Virus record (IMG/VR): IMGVR_UViG_3300031519_010435
Span: 1-56,722 of that record
DNA from: a virus
Lineage: Duplodnaviria > Caudoviricetes
Length of the DNA: 56,722 nucleotides
Reading direction: 5' to 3' (one strand)
Part shown: positions 1 through 10,726 of the stretch, one piece after another
Numbering within the stretch: position 1 is the first letter of the stretch
Layout of the letters: the number at the start of each line of letters is the position of its first letter
The notes under the pieces: model-generated
What the model was told of the DNA's origin: nothing
What the model saw: the letters and a program-made list of their open reading frames with translations, nothing else
Databases searched by the model: none
Program-made: the position numbers and the translations under genes

Positions 1-2580
1 CCAACACCAAGTGCTACACCTCCGACTCCAACACCAAGTGCTACACCGACACTTACTCCTACTCCCACTGTAGCAATAACTCCATCCACTCCGTTCACCC
101 CTTTTACAGTATATACAGATCCTATTAACTGGCCACCCTTTTTCCCTCCTCCCCCACGAGCTACTCCAGATCCAGAGTGCCCAGATGACTCTGCCAAGTT
201 TCATCCCTGTATGGCTCCTTGTTTTCCTCAAAAACCAGATTTAGTGTTTTGCAAAGGAAGGTTACAACATAATGTTTATAAAAATATAGAATTTACTGAA
301 TATTGCTGCGATGATCCTGAGTGGATCACAAATCAAGTTTTACCCCCTTACCATAAATCAGACACTTGCTCAAGTTTATTAACTCACAATCAAGGAGATG
401 GGTTAGGAAAGTGCGTAAAAGGTCCGCGTTGTCAATGCAGGAAAGATGATACATTTCCAGATGATAGGTATGGTCGCTTTGATGCAGATCTAAACGAGCA
501 AAGACCAGACTTTTTAAATAAAATAAGTAGAGCTGATTTCGAAGCGATCCACTGCAGCGACCCCTCGGTGATTGGCACAGGCGGATGCCAACGAGTTGAA
601 TTTTGCCCAGTATGCGAGACCAGGACTTCTGAATTTTGCGCCTCGTATCATAGATACAGTTATGATGTTTATAGAAAGGTTTATTATTTAAACCCAACTC
701 AATCACCAAGTTCTTGTGAAGACTGCATGTGCTTAAAAGGCCAAACCCAAACAGTTCCATCTGTAAAAGATCAGGCTGAAAATTCTCTTCGTTTCCAAAA
801 CGGTATTCCTGCAAATCGTGCATTTAGACCTGTAAGAGATGTTTCGGGATCATGTTATAATTGTGTAAAATCAAAAAACATGTATCAAAACAATGCATGG
901 CAAGATGGGATAGGAACTAGCGATGCAAATGATATTTATGATGACGAAGCATGTTGTGGGACAGTCCCTCTTGGATGCATCGGTGAGGGTGAGACTTGGT
1001 GTGAAGAAGGTTTTAAATGTCCAGTTTGTCCGTGCTCTGACGTTAATTTTTCTTTTAAAGTTACACATTTATTAAAAGATGATTGCAGATCAGGAGGTCA
1101 AGGCAATCATCGAGTTTTACATGAATTTTATGAAGGAACTCATCAAGGGAAAGAGGATACAATTCACCTTGACTTAATAGTGTGGTATAAATGTAAAGAT
1201 GGAGATCTTTTAGACGAAGCTGAATTTGAATATAGGTGGAAAAAAGGAAATGGAACTGGGTGCGGATGGAGTCCTTTAGTTAATCAAAAACCTTTAGTGC
1301 AAACAGAGGCTAAACTTGGAGGTCAAGCTCAAATTGTATTCTCAGAACCAGTCGGAAGAGATGGAGGGATAAAAGCCCCAGATTGTACAAGTAAAGATGG
1401 AGAAGAAGGAACAGGAAGAAAACCTTATCCAGAATCCTATACATGGGTTTGCCCTCAAACAATATATGTATCCGCTCTCACAAAAGAAGAGATTGATTAT
1501 GTATGCCCGACTGGTGGGTGCGCTAAGTATACAAGATGCTATAGCAGTGGTAAATCCTGCAATGCGTCAGATGCATCTGCACCTTGTAACGATTCAGCTC
1601 CTGGAACTGATGAGATATTTGTAAAAATGTGCGGAGATGTGGTACAACCAGATCGCACTTTCCCAGGAGGAATTCTTCATGATGGATGGTGCTATATTCT
1701 TGAAGAGCAAGTAGATGTGTCTGATTGTGGAGGAGAGTCTTCATCTGAAGGTCTGTGTGGTAACCTAAGGTTTATAAGTGCCGAAAATTGTGAAGCTGCG
1801 GATGCTATAGATTTTGGTAATATTGCCGATGTTCAAAATGCTTTTGATAATTTTAATGAAGATAGTGAAGAAAACATTTGTTGTGAATGTTGCGATTGTT
1901 GCTGTAAAGGAAGTTGTGCTGAATACGACAGATGTTTTGCAGATGATACTCTAGATAGGTGGAACAGTGGTCACGGCTCAAAAGACACCTGTAAAGCTCC
2001 AGGAATGGGTCCGTGCGACGTAGAGACTTCAGATGTTCCCAATAAGATGTATGTATCAGTTGCTCCCGATGAAACAGCTCCTAGTATGTTTAAAAAACTT
2101 GGCTGGTGCTGGACACTATCCAATGCTTCCAGTGATTGTTCTAATTGCGGGGGAGATTGCTGTGAAGATGATAATACTAAATTTAAAAACTGGAATACAC
2201 ATTCAGATAAGCTCAACATTTCTAAAATTACTGATGTAGAAATATATCCAGCTACACCCGTCGATGGAGAACTTCCTACCTGTCAAGAATGCTGTGAATG
2301 CAGCCCAACCCCGACCCCAACTCCAACAGTCACTCCAACCCCGACAGCTACTCCAACCCCAACTCCAACAGATTGTGACGGAATTACGGTTTATAGATAT
2401 AATGATATTGATGGAAATGATTGTAGTCCAGGTGAAGACGATTGCTTTGCTTTTTGCATTCCTGCAAGCCCTACTCCAACCCCGACAGCTACTCCAACCC
2501 CGACTCCGACAACTACTCCAGTAGCAACAACTCCAGTAGCAACAACAGTGATTCCAACTTATCCTACTACTTATCCTTGA
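1..2580 (+). CDS. Cys-rich protein with Pro/Thr linker repeats, 5'-truncated; probable virion surface or secreted protein
   Basis: The frame is open from base 1 (PTPSATPPTPTP...PDPECPDDSAKFHPC) into ORF 211..2580. It is very Cys-rich, with repeated C..Y.RC...GWC...C.ECC.C modules and PT tracts at both ends. Confidence 0.75.
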   Translation, partial: PTPSATPPTPTPSATPTLTPTPTVAITPSTPFTPFTVYTDPINWPPFFPPPPRATPDPECPDDSAKFHPCMAPCFPQKPDLVFCKGRLQHNVYKNIEFTEYCCDDPEWITNQVLPPYHKSDTCSSLLTHNQGDGLGKCVKGPRCQCRKDDTFPDDRYGRFDADLNEQRPDFLNKISRADFEAIHCSDPSVIGTGGCQRVEFCPVCETRTSEFCASYHRYSYDVYRKVYYLNPTQSPSSCEDCMCLKGQTQTVPSVKDQAENSLRFQNGIPANRAFRPVRDVSGSCYNCVKSKNMYQNNAWQDGIGTSDANDIYDDEACCGTVPLGCIGEGETWCEEGFKCPVCPCSDVNFSFKVTHLLKDDCRSGGQGNHRVLHEFYEGTHQGKEDTIHLDLIVWYKCKDGDLLDEAEFEYRWKKGNGTGCGWSPLVNQKPLVQTEAKLGGQAQIVFSEPVGRDGGIKAPDCTSKDGEEGTGRKPYPESYTWVCPQTIYVSALTKEEIDYVCPTGGCAKYTRCYSSGKSCNASDASAPCNDSAPGTDEIFVKMCGDVVQPDRTFPGGILHDGWCYILEEQVDVSDCGGESSSEGLCGNLRFISAENCEAADAIDFGNIADVQNAFDNFNEDSEENICCECCDCCCKGSCAEYDRCFADDTLDRWNSGHGSKDTCKAPGMGPCDVETSDVPNKMYVSVAPDETAPSMFKKLGWCWTLSNASSDCSNCGGDCCEDDNTKFKNWNTHSDKLNISKITDVEIYPATPVDGELPTCQECCECSPTPTPTPTVTPTPTATPTPTPTDCDGITVYRYNDIDGNDCSPGEDDCFAFCIPASPTPTPTATPTPTPTTTPVATTPVATTVIPTYPTTYP

Positions 2581-2604
2581 TTTTTTAACTTATTGAGTTA
2601 ATAT
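2577..2604 (+). promoter_or_regulatory. sigma70-like promoter, leaderless
   Basis: TTGATT(2577)-N16-TAATAT(2599), then 6 nt to GTG 2611. Confidence 0.45.
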
Positions 2605-2610
2605 ATCTTT

Positions 2611-4050
2611 GTGATAACTGCAATTATTGCATATAAGCAAGATAGCTCTGAAAGAAAGAACAATTTAAACTTTTTAATTAAAGTTTTAAAAAAAAATTCA
2701 ATCAAAGTAATTATTGCTGAACAAAAACAATCTCTTAAAAATAAAGAAGAGGTTAAAAAATATAGAAAGCCAGATGAGATTTGGATAGAATACTATTCAA
2801 ACTCTCCTTTTCATAAATCAAAATTATATAATCTTTCTGCTGAGATTTGTGTTACAGAAAACATTCTTTTTATAGATTGCGATGTAATTCTTAATTTTGA
2901 GAAATTAAATGATTTATGCAAGCTTTCAGATTTATGTAAACCTTTCTCGGAGATTTTTTCTTTATCAAAAGAAGAGAGCATTGATTTTATGAACAGTGGA
3001 TCGCTACCTGATTTAAGCAAAAAAACTGGAGATAAATATATAGGAAAGTATTCGATATTGATTTCTAGGGATTTATTCGTAACCTCAGGAGGTTTTGATC
3101 AAAATATAGCGGGCTGGGGCTGGGAGGATTTAGATTTCATACATAACAAACTGAATGGCTATAGCTCTTATGAACCAATCGATTGCGAAGGATTTCACTT
3201 ATGGCACCCACCTGCAGACAAAAATTTTGAAAGAAAAAATTATTTTATTTACAAAAACAATAACACTCCAAGAAAAAAAATTTCTTTTTGTACGGCTATT
3301 AAGAATAGAAAATTTCAAATAGAGCAGACTCTAGAAAAAAACTTATTAGATAACTTAGATTTTAGTGAATTTATTGAATTTTCTGTTCTAGACTGCGATT
3401 CGAGTGACAGAGTTTCTGATTGGATAATTGAAAACTTTCATGAGTATTTACAACAAGGTTATTTAAAATTATTTAAAATTAAAGACTTCGAATATTGGAA
3501 TGCTTCCATTGCAAAAAATACTTGCCATTATTTATCGGAAGGCGAAATATTAGTCAATCTTGATTGCGACAATTATACAGGCAAAGAAGGAGCTGAAAGG
3601 CTTTACAACTTATTTGCTTCTAATAAAGACATAAACTGCTACCATCAATGGTGCAAAAAAGAATGGTTTGGGGGGAATTATGGAAGAATTTCTTTTAGAA
3701 GAAATATTTTTGAAAAGCTAGGAGGTTATGACGAATCTTTTTATGGCATGGGCTATCAGGACACAGATATAATAAAGAGGTGCTCATCTATGTTTTCTGA
3801 ATCAGTTGGAGAATTTACATCATTAAAGCATAATCAATCGATATTTAACACCAAAAATCTTTCTATAGAGAATTTAACTAAGCGAGAAATAGATATGGGT
3901 TTCTTGGAAATAAACAGAATAAACAAATCAAAATCAAAACACAATATATTAAATAATAATTTAATTGCAAACAATGGATTGTACGGCATTAGATCTAAAA
4001 TTCTTTATTATGATTTTCAAAAAAAACAATTCTGGAACCTTTGCAGTTGA
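2611..4050 (+). CDS. two-domain GT-A glycosyltransferase (GT7/GT2-like tandem)
   Basis: Two DCD (DxD) motifs, with GGFDQNIAGWGWED and GGYDESFYGMGYQD galactosyltransferase C-terminal motifs. Confidence 0.8.
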   Translation: MITAIIAYKQDSSERKNNLNFLIKVLKKNSIKVIIAEQKQSLKNKEEVKKYRKPDEIWIEYYSNSPFHKSKLYNLSAEICVTENILFIDCDVILNFEKLNDLCKLSDLCKPFSEIFSLSKEESIDFMNSGSLPDLSKKTGDKYIGKYSILISRDLFVTSGGFDQNIAGWGWEDLDFIHNKLNGYSSYEPIDCEGFHLWHPPADKNFERKNYFIYKNNNTPRKKISFCTAIKNRKFQIEQTLEKNLLDNLDFSEFIEFSVLDCDSSDRVSDWIIENFHEYLQQGYLKLFKIKDFEYWNASIAKNTCHYLSEGEILVNLDCDNYTGKEGAERLYNLFASNKDINCYHQWCKKEWFGGNYGRISFRRNIFEKLGGYDESFYGMGYQDTDIIKRCSSMFSESVGEFTSLKHNQSIFNTKNLSIENLTKREIDMGFLEINRINKSKSKHNILNNNLIANNGLYGIRSKILYYDFQKKQFWNLCS

Positions 4051-4075
4051 TTTATCTAACTCTTATTGATATTAT
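4047..4075 (+). promoter_or_regulatory. sigma70-like promoter, leaderless
   Basis: TTGATT(4047)-N17-TATTAT(4070), then 6 nt to GTG 4082. Confidence 0.6.
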
Positions 4076-4081
4076 AAATCT

Positions 4082-4423
4082 GTGAAGCTAAAGCAGACAG
4101 CCAAGAAAGACATTTTAAATAGAATTGTAGATATCCCTAAAACACAAAAAAGACATTTCTGGAGTAGAGAAATAAAAATATTAAATGATTTATTCAAAAT
4201 TTACCCAGTTGAAGAATTTTGGTCTGTTATTCGTTTTAATAAAAAATACGAGAGCATGACATTTCTTCTTTCTGATTACGGTAAGAAACTTTTGAAAAAA
4301 AGATTTTTAGAATTTACTTATGTTGTTCCTGAAACGCAAACAATTGAGCTTGGAGAAAAAACGGGCGAAGATTTTAATGTCGAAAATAAACCAAAAACAA
4401 TTAAAGATTTCTTAAAAACATGA
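4082..4423 (+). CDS. hypothetical protein upstream of recA
   Basis: 113-aa ORF with an ATGA overlap with recA. Confidence 0.7.
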   Translation: MKLKQTAKKDILNRIVDIPKTQKRHFWSREIKILNDLFKIYPVEEFWSVIRFNKKYESMTFLLSDYGKKLLKKRFLEFTYVVPETQTIELGEKTGEDFNVENKPKTIKDFLKT

Positions 4424-5511
4424 GTGAAACAACAGACCAAATTAATAAGTTTTTATCAGATAAAGATAACTTAAAGTATCATTATAACAATTACAACGAA
4501 GAAGAATATAAAATTTCTTCTGGTAGTTTAAATTTAGATTTAGCTTTAGGCGGTGGTCTTCCAGCAGGAGCTCATAGATTTACTGGAGTGAATGAAGGGG
4601 GGAAAACAAGTTGTGCATTAAGCGTAGCGAAAAATTTCCAGCAAAAATTCAAAAAAAAGGGAATGGTCATTTATATTAGAAGTGAAGGAAGGCTATCTCC
4701 AGAAATTCTTTCTAGAAGTGGAATAGACACAAGTGAAGAACAGTTTTTTAGGTTTGATTGTAATATATTTGAAAAAGTTTTTCAACTAATAAGAACTCTT
4801 GTTGAAGAAAATAAAGATAAAAAAAAGTATTTATTTATTGTAGATAGTGTTGATGCACTCTGCAGAATAGGAGACTTTGACAAACCCTTTGATGAAAGCG
4901 ATCAAGTAGCTGGTGGAGCTTTAGTTACATCTGTCTTTTTAAAAAAAATGGTACTACCTATAACTAAGATGGGGCATATGATGATACTAACATCTCAAGT
5001 TAGAGTAGAAATCCCAGCTAACTCTTATGCAGCAAGAGGTGGGCCAAAAGTAAAACAGGCAGGAGGCAATGCGGTCAAGCATTATTCTAACTTTATTTTG
5101 GAATTTCAAGAAAGATATAATCCAGATATAATATTCCCAAACCCAAATGCTTCAAAACTTGAAGATAAAGGCAGCCCTATTGGTCATTTTTGTAAAATAA
5201 TTTTCAGAAAAAGCATTAATGAAAAGACGGGGTCGATAATTAGATACCCCGTAAGGTATGGAAGGACTGATGGCAATAGTATCTGGGTTGAGAGAGAGAT
5301 TATAGACATGATGAAACTCTGGGGTTACATTGAGCAAAAAGGAGCTTGGATATCAATAGATAATGAAATTGTTTCTGCCTGTAAAGAAAAATCAATCGAC
5401 TGCCCAGAAAAGATTCAAGGAGAACCTAAACTAGTAGAATTCTTAGAAGAAAACAAGAAATTTTCTAAGTTTATTTTACAATATATAAACTCTAATTTTT
5501 ACAATGCCTAG
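4420..5511 (+). CDS. recA: RecA-family recombinase
   Basis: SSGSLNLDLALGGGLP, Walker A GVNEGGKT, Walker B IVDSV, SQVR and GGNAVKHYS motifs. Confidence 0.9.
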   Translation: MSETTDQINKFLSDKDNLKYHYNNYNEEEYKISSGSLNLDLALGGGLPAGAHRFTGVNEGGKTSCALSVAKNFQQKFKKKGMVIYIRSEGRLSPEILSRSGIDTSEEQFFRFDCNIFEKVFQLIRTLVEENKDKKKYLFIVDSVDALCRIGDFDKPFDESDQVAGGALVTSVFLKKMVLPITKMGHMMILTSQVRVEIPANSYAARGGPKVKQAGGNAVKHYSNFILEFQERYNPDIIFPNPNASKLEDKGSPIGHFCKIIFRKSINEKTGSIIRYPVRYGRTDGNSIWVEREIIDMMKLWGYIEQKGAWISIDNEIVSACKEKSIDCPEKIQGEPKLVEFLEENKKFSKFILQYINSNFYNA

Positions 5512-6550
5512 AAAAAAAGCTACTACTAAGAAAAAAGTCCAGAATAAAACTCCTAAAGATGAAAACACGTCTAGAGATGGAGAGATCATCCTTGCTAAAT
5601 GGCAAGGTAGATTCGGAAACAGAATGCATCAATATGCATATCTTGCTACATATGCGGAAAAATTTAACCTAAATTTAATACTTCCATCTGAATGGGAGGG
5701 CGACCATCTTTTTAAAAAAAACAATCACACTATAATTAAAGATGATGACCTTAGGTTAAAAGTCAACCAAACCAGTAAAGAATTCGATAAACAGGAATTT
5801 AGAGAACAAGCCTTTCAAGACTATAATAAAAAGAGTAAAAATAATTTAATTTTTCTAAACCCTCATGATGCCTCGCAAACATGGAAAGGTTCTCGTTTTG
5901 TCTGGGTAGCTGATTTATGTGCATATCAAGAAGCTATATTCAAAGGCATGTCTAATAGTTTCCTAAAAGAAGTTTTCACTTTTTCAGATAATATTAAGAA
6001 TACTGATGTTTATAAGTATGCAGAAGATAGACAGGGAACTTATGATATAGCTCATTTACGCAGAGATGACATATCAAACCCTAATTATGAAAATAATTTT
6101 GGATATTCTGTTATATCTAAAAAATCCTATGAAAAAGCTTTCAAAAAATTTGATGTTGATTCTGAAAAAGTAGAGTGGACAACAGACGATTGGTCTGGAA
6201 ATTGGGGAGTAGGGAAGCCTTCAGATAATAAATGGTTTGAACGTAGAGGAGGCTGGACATACCCCATGGGTTCTGAACATATGGAAGACGTAGTCTTTGA
6301 TTGGTTTCCAGACTTCTTGCGTCTTTATTTTGCAAGATCTGTATTTAGAGCTAACTCTTCTTTCGGTTTCTGGGCATGTTTGCTAGGTAATCAAAAAAAT
6401 ATATTTTCTCCAGTTTTAACTAAAAAAGAAATTTACTCTGGAACAAAAGGCTCAGGAAAACAAATAGAAGTTAATTTTATAAAAGGGAACACTCCTCATT
6501 GGCTTTGTCTAAAAGAAGATCATTGTGGGAAAATAAAAATCCCTAAATGA
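5504..6550 (+). CDS. GT11-like (alpha-1,2-fucosyltransferase-like) glycosyltransferase
   Basis: GRFGNRMHQYA, AHLRRDD and ANSSFGFWACLL match GT11 motifs. Confidence 0.7.
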   Translation: MPRKKATTKKKVQNKTPKDENTSRDGEIILAKWQGRFGNRMHQYAYLATYAEKFNLNLILPSEWEGDHLFKKNNHTIIKDDDLRLKVNQTSKEFDKQEFREQAFQDYNKKSKNNLIFLNPHDASQTWKGSRFVWVADLCAYQEAIFKGMSNSFLKEVFTFSDNIKNTDVYKYAEDRQGTYDIAHLRRDDISNPNYENNFGYSVISKKSYEKAFKKFDVDSEKVEWTTDDWSGNWGVGKPSDNKWFERRGGWTYPMGSEHMEDVVFDWFPDFLRLYFARSVFRANSSFGFWACLLGNQKNIFSPVLTKKEIYSGTKGSGKQIEVNFIKGNTPHWLCLKEDHCGKIKIPK

Positions 6551-8463
6551 AAGAAATTCAAAACAGTGAGTTTTTTGACTTAAAGCTAGGATCTCTATCA
6601 AAAAAAGATTCAAAAAAAATAATAAGCTTTAGTCTTTATGGGACTAACCAGAAGTATTATTCTGGTGCTATTCCCAATATTGAGCATGCAAAAAAATACT
6701 ACCCAGATTGGATATGTAGATTTTACTGCACTGAAGACGTACCTAATTTAGAAGAAATTAGCAATCAAGATTGTGAGATTATAATATTAGATTCAAAAAT
6801 ACCTCCTATGTTCTGGAGGTATTTTAGCATAGATGATCCAGATGTATCTGTTTCTATTTTTAGAGATACAGATTCCGTAGTGAATGATAGAGAGGCTCAA
6901 GCAGTTAAAGAATGGCTATCTATTGATAAAAAAATGCATTTAATGCATGATTGTAAAAGCGGTCACTGGTCAGATGTTATGGGCGGGATGTGCGGAATAA
7001 AGGGGCCTCTTGAATTTTCTATAAGCGAAAAGATAAATAATTTCTGTAAAGAAAAATCATATAAGTGGAGATATTCACAAGATCAAACTTTTCTTTCTAA
7101 AAAAATATTGCCTATATTTAAAGGCTCATGTATAGACCATCATTTTAACCCAGAAATAAGTAAATACCCATACTCTGTAGAGTTTCCACCTCATGAACCT
7201 CTTGAATTTGGAGTTTTTGTTGGTCAAAGAGTTTCTTTAGCTCAATATAAATCTAAAAAATATGCAGATTTAAATACAGATTCTGATAAATTGTTCATCA
7301 TGAACCATCAAAGTAAAGGTGATTTCTCCAAACCCTGGTTTATTGAGTTTTTGAAATATATTTCTTCGAATAATACTGAAGTTGTTATACCTTGCAAGGA
7401 AGTCCCTCTTAATTTTTTAGAGGAAAAAGACATCTCTGATAAAATATCCTTAAAACTAATCAAGCATGATGCTGACGCTATATCTATTTTTGAAAAAGAT
7501 TATATTTCTACTCATAAATTTTTAGGTCTTGGTAGCCATGCAATTAAAAACAAGAATCAAAGATTAAATCTTTCTAATTGCCTCCTTGAGGCAGGTATCG
7601 ACAAAAAAGATTTCGAATTAAAATTAAGCTTAATATCAGATTCAAAATTTTCTAATAAAACTGTTGAAAAAGAAAAACCCAAAAGCCAGGTCGAAATCCT
7701 AGATATAGATAACACTCACAATAAATTTCTTAACAACCCTAAAGAAGAAAAAGTTAGTGTCATTATAGGCACCTTCAATAGGTGGAAGTATTTATTAAAA
7801 TCTATAGAGAGTGTAAAGAGTCAAACTTATAAAAATATAGAAATAATAGTCGTTAATGACGGATCTACAGATGAAGAATATTTTAATTCAGTACCTAAAG
7901 GAGTAACTTGGTTAAATCTGCCTGAAAATTCTGAACAAACACTTGGCTTTAGGTGTAGATCTTATACATATAATTATGGATTAAAAATAGCTAAAGGAAA
8001 ATACATAGCTTTTCTTGATGATGATGATGCATGGTATCCTAAAAAGATAGAAAAACAAATATCTTTAATGGAAAAATATAATTGTGGCATGAGTTGCACA
8101 GAATCACTTCAAGGTAGAGGTTTATTTGATTCAGATAAAAACTATAAAATTTATATGGGGGGCATGAAAAAAAGATTCCAAAAATGGAAAGTTTCTGAAA
8201 AAGTATTTAATTCCGATTCAACTATAGTTCCAGGAGTTTGGAATAAAAGAGTACTCCTTATCCATAATTTTTGCATAGGTTCTTCTGTTATGGTTGAAAA
8301 GTCTATCGTTGATAAGGTTGGGTTCTTAAATGAATCTAGAAAGCTCAAAAAAGGACAAGATTATGAACTATGGAAAAGAGTCCTCTCTATTACCGACTGC
8401 GCTTATGTTGACGAACCTTTAACATATTATGACCATGCACACGGAAAAGGAAGGCAATATTAA
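6547..8463 (+). CDS. multidomain glycosyltransferase (N-terminal GT-like domain + C-terminal GT2)
   Basis: N-terminal IISFSLYG...MFWRY...IFRDTDS...REAQAVKEW; C-terminal VSVIIGTFNR, VNDGSTD, FLDDDD and QDYELW. Confidence 0.8.
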   Translation: MKEIQNSEFFDLKLGSLSKKDSKKIISFSLYGTNQKYYSGAIPNIEHAKKYYPDWICRFYCTEDVPNLEEISNQDCEIIILDSKIPPMFWRYFSIDDPDVSVSIFRDTDSVVNDREAQAVKEWLSIDKKMHLMHDCKSGHWSDVMGGMCGIKGPLEFSISEKINNFCKEKSYKWRYSQDQTFLSKKILPIFKGSCIDHHFNPEISKYPYSVEFPPHEPLEFGVFVGQRVSLAQYKSKKYADLNTDSDKLFIMNHQSKGDFSKPWFIEFLKYISSNNTEVVIPCKEVPLNFLEEKDISDKISLKLIKHDADAISIFEKDYISTHKFLGLGSHAIKNKNQRLNLSNCLLEAGIDKKDFELKLSLISDSKFSNKTVEKEKPKSQVEILDIDNTHNKFLNNPKEEKVSVIIGTFNRWKYLLKSIESVKSQTYKNIEIIVVNDGSTDEEYFNSVPKGVTWLNLPENSEQTLGFRCRSYTYNYGLKIAKGKYIAFLDDDDAWYPKKIEKQISLMEKYNCGMSCTESLQGRGLFDSDKNYKIYMGGMKKRFQKWKVSEKVFNSDSTIVPGVWNKRVLLIHNFCIGSSVMVEKSIVDKVGFLNESRKLKKGQDYELWKRVLSITDCAYVDEPLTYYDHAHGKGRQY

Positions 8464-8870
8464 TGAAATTCACAACATTACAGGGTAGAACAAAAAGAGT
8501 TTCAAGAGTAAGGAAATATCTAATAGACTGGGAAGCTAAGAGTAGAAGTAATATACAATATGACACTAAATCTTTTTTAAAAAACTACTGGCTTAATAAT
8601 GTAGTCTTTGAAGAATTTCCAGTTGCAGGCACCAGATTAACCTTAGACTTTTATAATGCTACAAAAAAAATAGCTATAGAAGTTCAAGGTCAGCAACATA
8701 GAAAATTTGTCCCATTTTTTCACGGCAATAGAATGAACTATATAGATCAATTAAGAAGAGATAAGCAAAAACTTGAATTTTGTGATATAAATGAAATTGA
8801 TTTAATTGAGATTTATGAAAGCGACATAACAAATAAATCGCTTTTAAAAAAGTTTAAAAAATATTTATAA
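8463..8870 (+). CDS. DUF559/Vsr-like PD-(D/E)xK endonuclease
   Basis: LDFY...IAIEVQGQQH...RDKQK motif. Confidence 0.7.
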   Translation: MKFTTLQGRTKRVSRVRKYLIDWEAKSRSNIQYDTKSFLKNYWLNNVVFEEFPVAGTRLTLDFYNATKKIAIEVQGQQHRKFVPFFHGNRMNYIDQLRRDKQKLEFCDINEIDLIEIYESDITNKSLLKKFKKYL

Positions 8871-8895
8871 GTGTATTATATTACTATACGAAGGC

Positions 8896-9156
8896 ATGAA
8901 TGAAGACGATTTTAGTTTAGACGAAATACCAAAATTTCAAATACCCTCTAGTTTCTTGGAACAACTTTACGAATTTACAGGTAACTCAGAGGGTAGTGCT
9001 GGCTATGTTTTAAGTTATGTGGACAATAATGGTAGAGCTTTAGTTTATTCAAGAAGCAGCTCTCAAATTATTGAAATGGGACTTAGAAAAGCTTTAGAAA
9101 AATACCTTCTAGAATTAGAAGAGGGCGAAGTCTCTTTTGATTTCCCCGAAGACTAA
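8896..9156 (+). CDS. hypothetical acidic protein
   Basis: 86-aa ORF preceded by GTGTATTATA at 8871. Confidence 0.65.
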   Translation: MNEDDFSLDEIPKFQIPSSFLEQLYEFTGNSEGSAGYVLSYVDNNGRALVYSRSSSQIIEMGLRKALEKYLLELEEGEVSFDFPED

Positions 9157-9170
9157 AAGTTAAAAAGGTA

Positions 9171-9199
9171 TTGATTTTTCGCAAAGCATTCCTTATGCT
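9171..9199 (+). promoter_or_regulatory. sigma70-like promoter, leaderless dnaB
   Basis: TTGATT(9171)-N17-TATGCT(9194), then 6 nt to ATG 9206. Confidence 0.6.
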
Positions 9200-9205
9200 T
9201 AGTGC

Positions 9206-10726
9206 ATGATTTACAATTATGAATTAGAGCAACATCTCTTAAGTGGAATAATACAACATCCAGACTCCTACTTTGAAATATCTCCGTTTATATCTGAAAA
9301 AGATTTTTATTCAGAGTCTAGCTTAATTAATAAGTCGATATTTTTCGTTTTAAAAAGCTCCTTAGAAAAAGGTGAGGTTTTGGATGAAATGTTAATTGCT
9401 CAAAATATAAAATCTTTAGGTATAACTTTTGAAGAGGGTATAGATACTCTTGATTACATAAAAAGTTTATCGATGCGTAAAATGTCTGAGAAAGCTGTTC
9501 TTAAAACAGCTCAAGAATTAAAAAAAGTTAGCATAAGAAGGGAGATAGCCTTCTCAGGAGTGGAGCTAACTAGAACAATGAAGAACTCCAAGCTTGAGAC
9601 TTATGATGATATCATATCCGCAGCAGACTCGACTTACCATAAAATAATTGATTTTTATGAGTCGGGAGATTCAATTCCAGAAAATCTATATGAAGCTATG
9701 GAAGAGTGCATTGAGGAAAGGGGTAACAATCCAATCGATGAGTTCGGACTACGTGGCCCACACCAAAGACTTCAAGAACTATACGGCTCCCTTCTGACTC
9801 CAGGCAACATATCTGTAGTTGTAGCTAGATCTGGTATAGGAAAAACTCAATTTTGTATGGATTTTTGTACAAAAGTTTCAGCCTCAAATGAACATATTCC
9901 TATTTTGCATTTTGACAATGGGGAAATGAGTAAAGAAGAGCTGACAATGAGGCAGTGCGCAGCTTTATCTGGAGTTCAATTAAGTTTACTACAGACGGGT
10001 CGATGGAGACAAGCTGGAGAAGAGGTTGTAAACAAAGTAAGGTCAACTTGGAATAAAATACAAGGAATGAGATTCTATTATTATAATTGTGGTGGGAAAT
10101 CAATTGATGAAATGACTAATATATTAAGAAAGTTTTATTTCTCTAAAGTGGGAAGGGGAGAACAAATGATTTTTAGTTTTGATTATATAAAAACTACATT
10201 TGCATTATCAAATTCTTCAAAAACAGAGTGGCAAATTGTTGGAGAAATGGTAGACAAGTTTAAAAAACTAATAATGACAGAGTTAGTATTTGATGGTAAG
10301 CCTGTGGTTTCCATGATGACAAGTGTCCAAATGAACAGGTTGGGAACTAGTCGGAATAGAGCCTCCGAAAATATTGTTGAAGATGAAACAGTAGTTTCTT
10401 TATCTGACAGGATTATACAATTTTGCTCTAGCATGCTTATATTAAGAGCTAAAGAACCTGCGGAGATAGCAGATCATGTAAATTTCGGCACGCATAAGTT
10501 GATTTCTCTAAAATCAAGAAACTTAGGTCAAGATCCGCAAAGAGCTATTCAACCAGTTAGAATGCTAGATGGATCACTAAAAAGTAATTTTATTAATTTA
10601 GATTTTAATAATTTCAATATAACCGAAAGAGGAGACTTGGTAGATCTAGTTGAACATCTAAGAGTAGAGGGTCATCAACCAGAAGAAGACGGAGACTCTA
10701 ACCTTCCAGGACTCTTTAATGGATAA
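9206..10726 (+). CDS. dnaB: DnaB-like replicative helicase
   Basis: N-terminal ELEQHLLSGII domain, Walker A ARSGIGKT, GEM, FDYI, QMNR and KSRN motifs. Confidence 0.88.
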   Translation: MIYNYELEQHLLSGIIQHPDSYFEISPFISEKDFYSESSLINKSIFFVLKSSLEKGEVLDEMLIAQNIKSLGITFEEGIDTLDYIKSLSMRKMSEKAVLKTAQELKKVSIRREIAFSGVELTRTMKNSKLETYDDIISAADSTYHKIIDFYESGDSIPENLYEAMEECIEERGNNPIDEFGLRGPHQRLQELYGSLLTPGNISVVVARSGIGKTQFCMDFCTKVSASNEHIPILHFDNGEMSKEELTMRQCAALSGVQLSLLQTGRWRQAGEEVVNKVRSTWNKIQGMRFYYYNCGGKSIDEMTNILRKFYFSKVGRGEQMIFSFDYIKTTFALSNSSKTEWQIVGEMVDKFKKLIMTELVFDGKPVVSMMTSVQMNRLGTSRNRASENIVEDETVVSLSDRIIQFCSSMLILRAKEPAEIADHVNFGTHKLISLKSRNLGQDPQRAIQPVRMLDGSLKSNFINLDFNNFNITERGDLVDLVEHLRVEGHQPEEDGDSNLPGLFNG

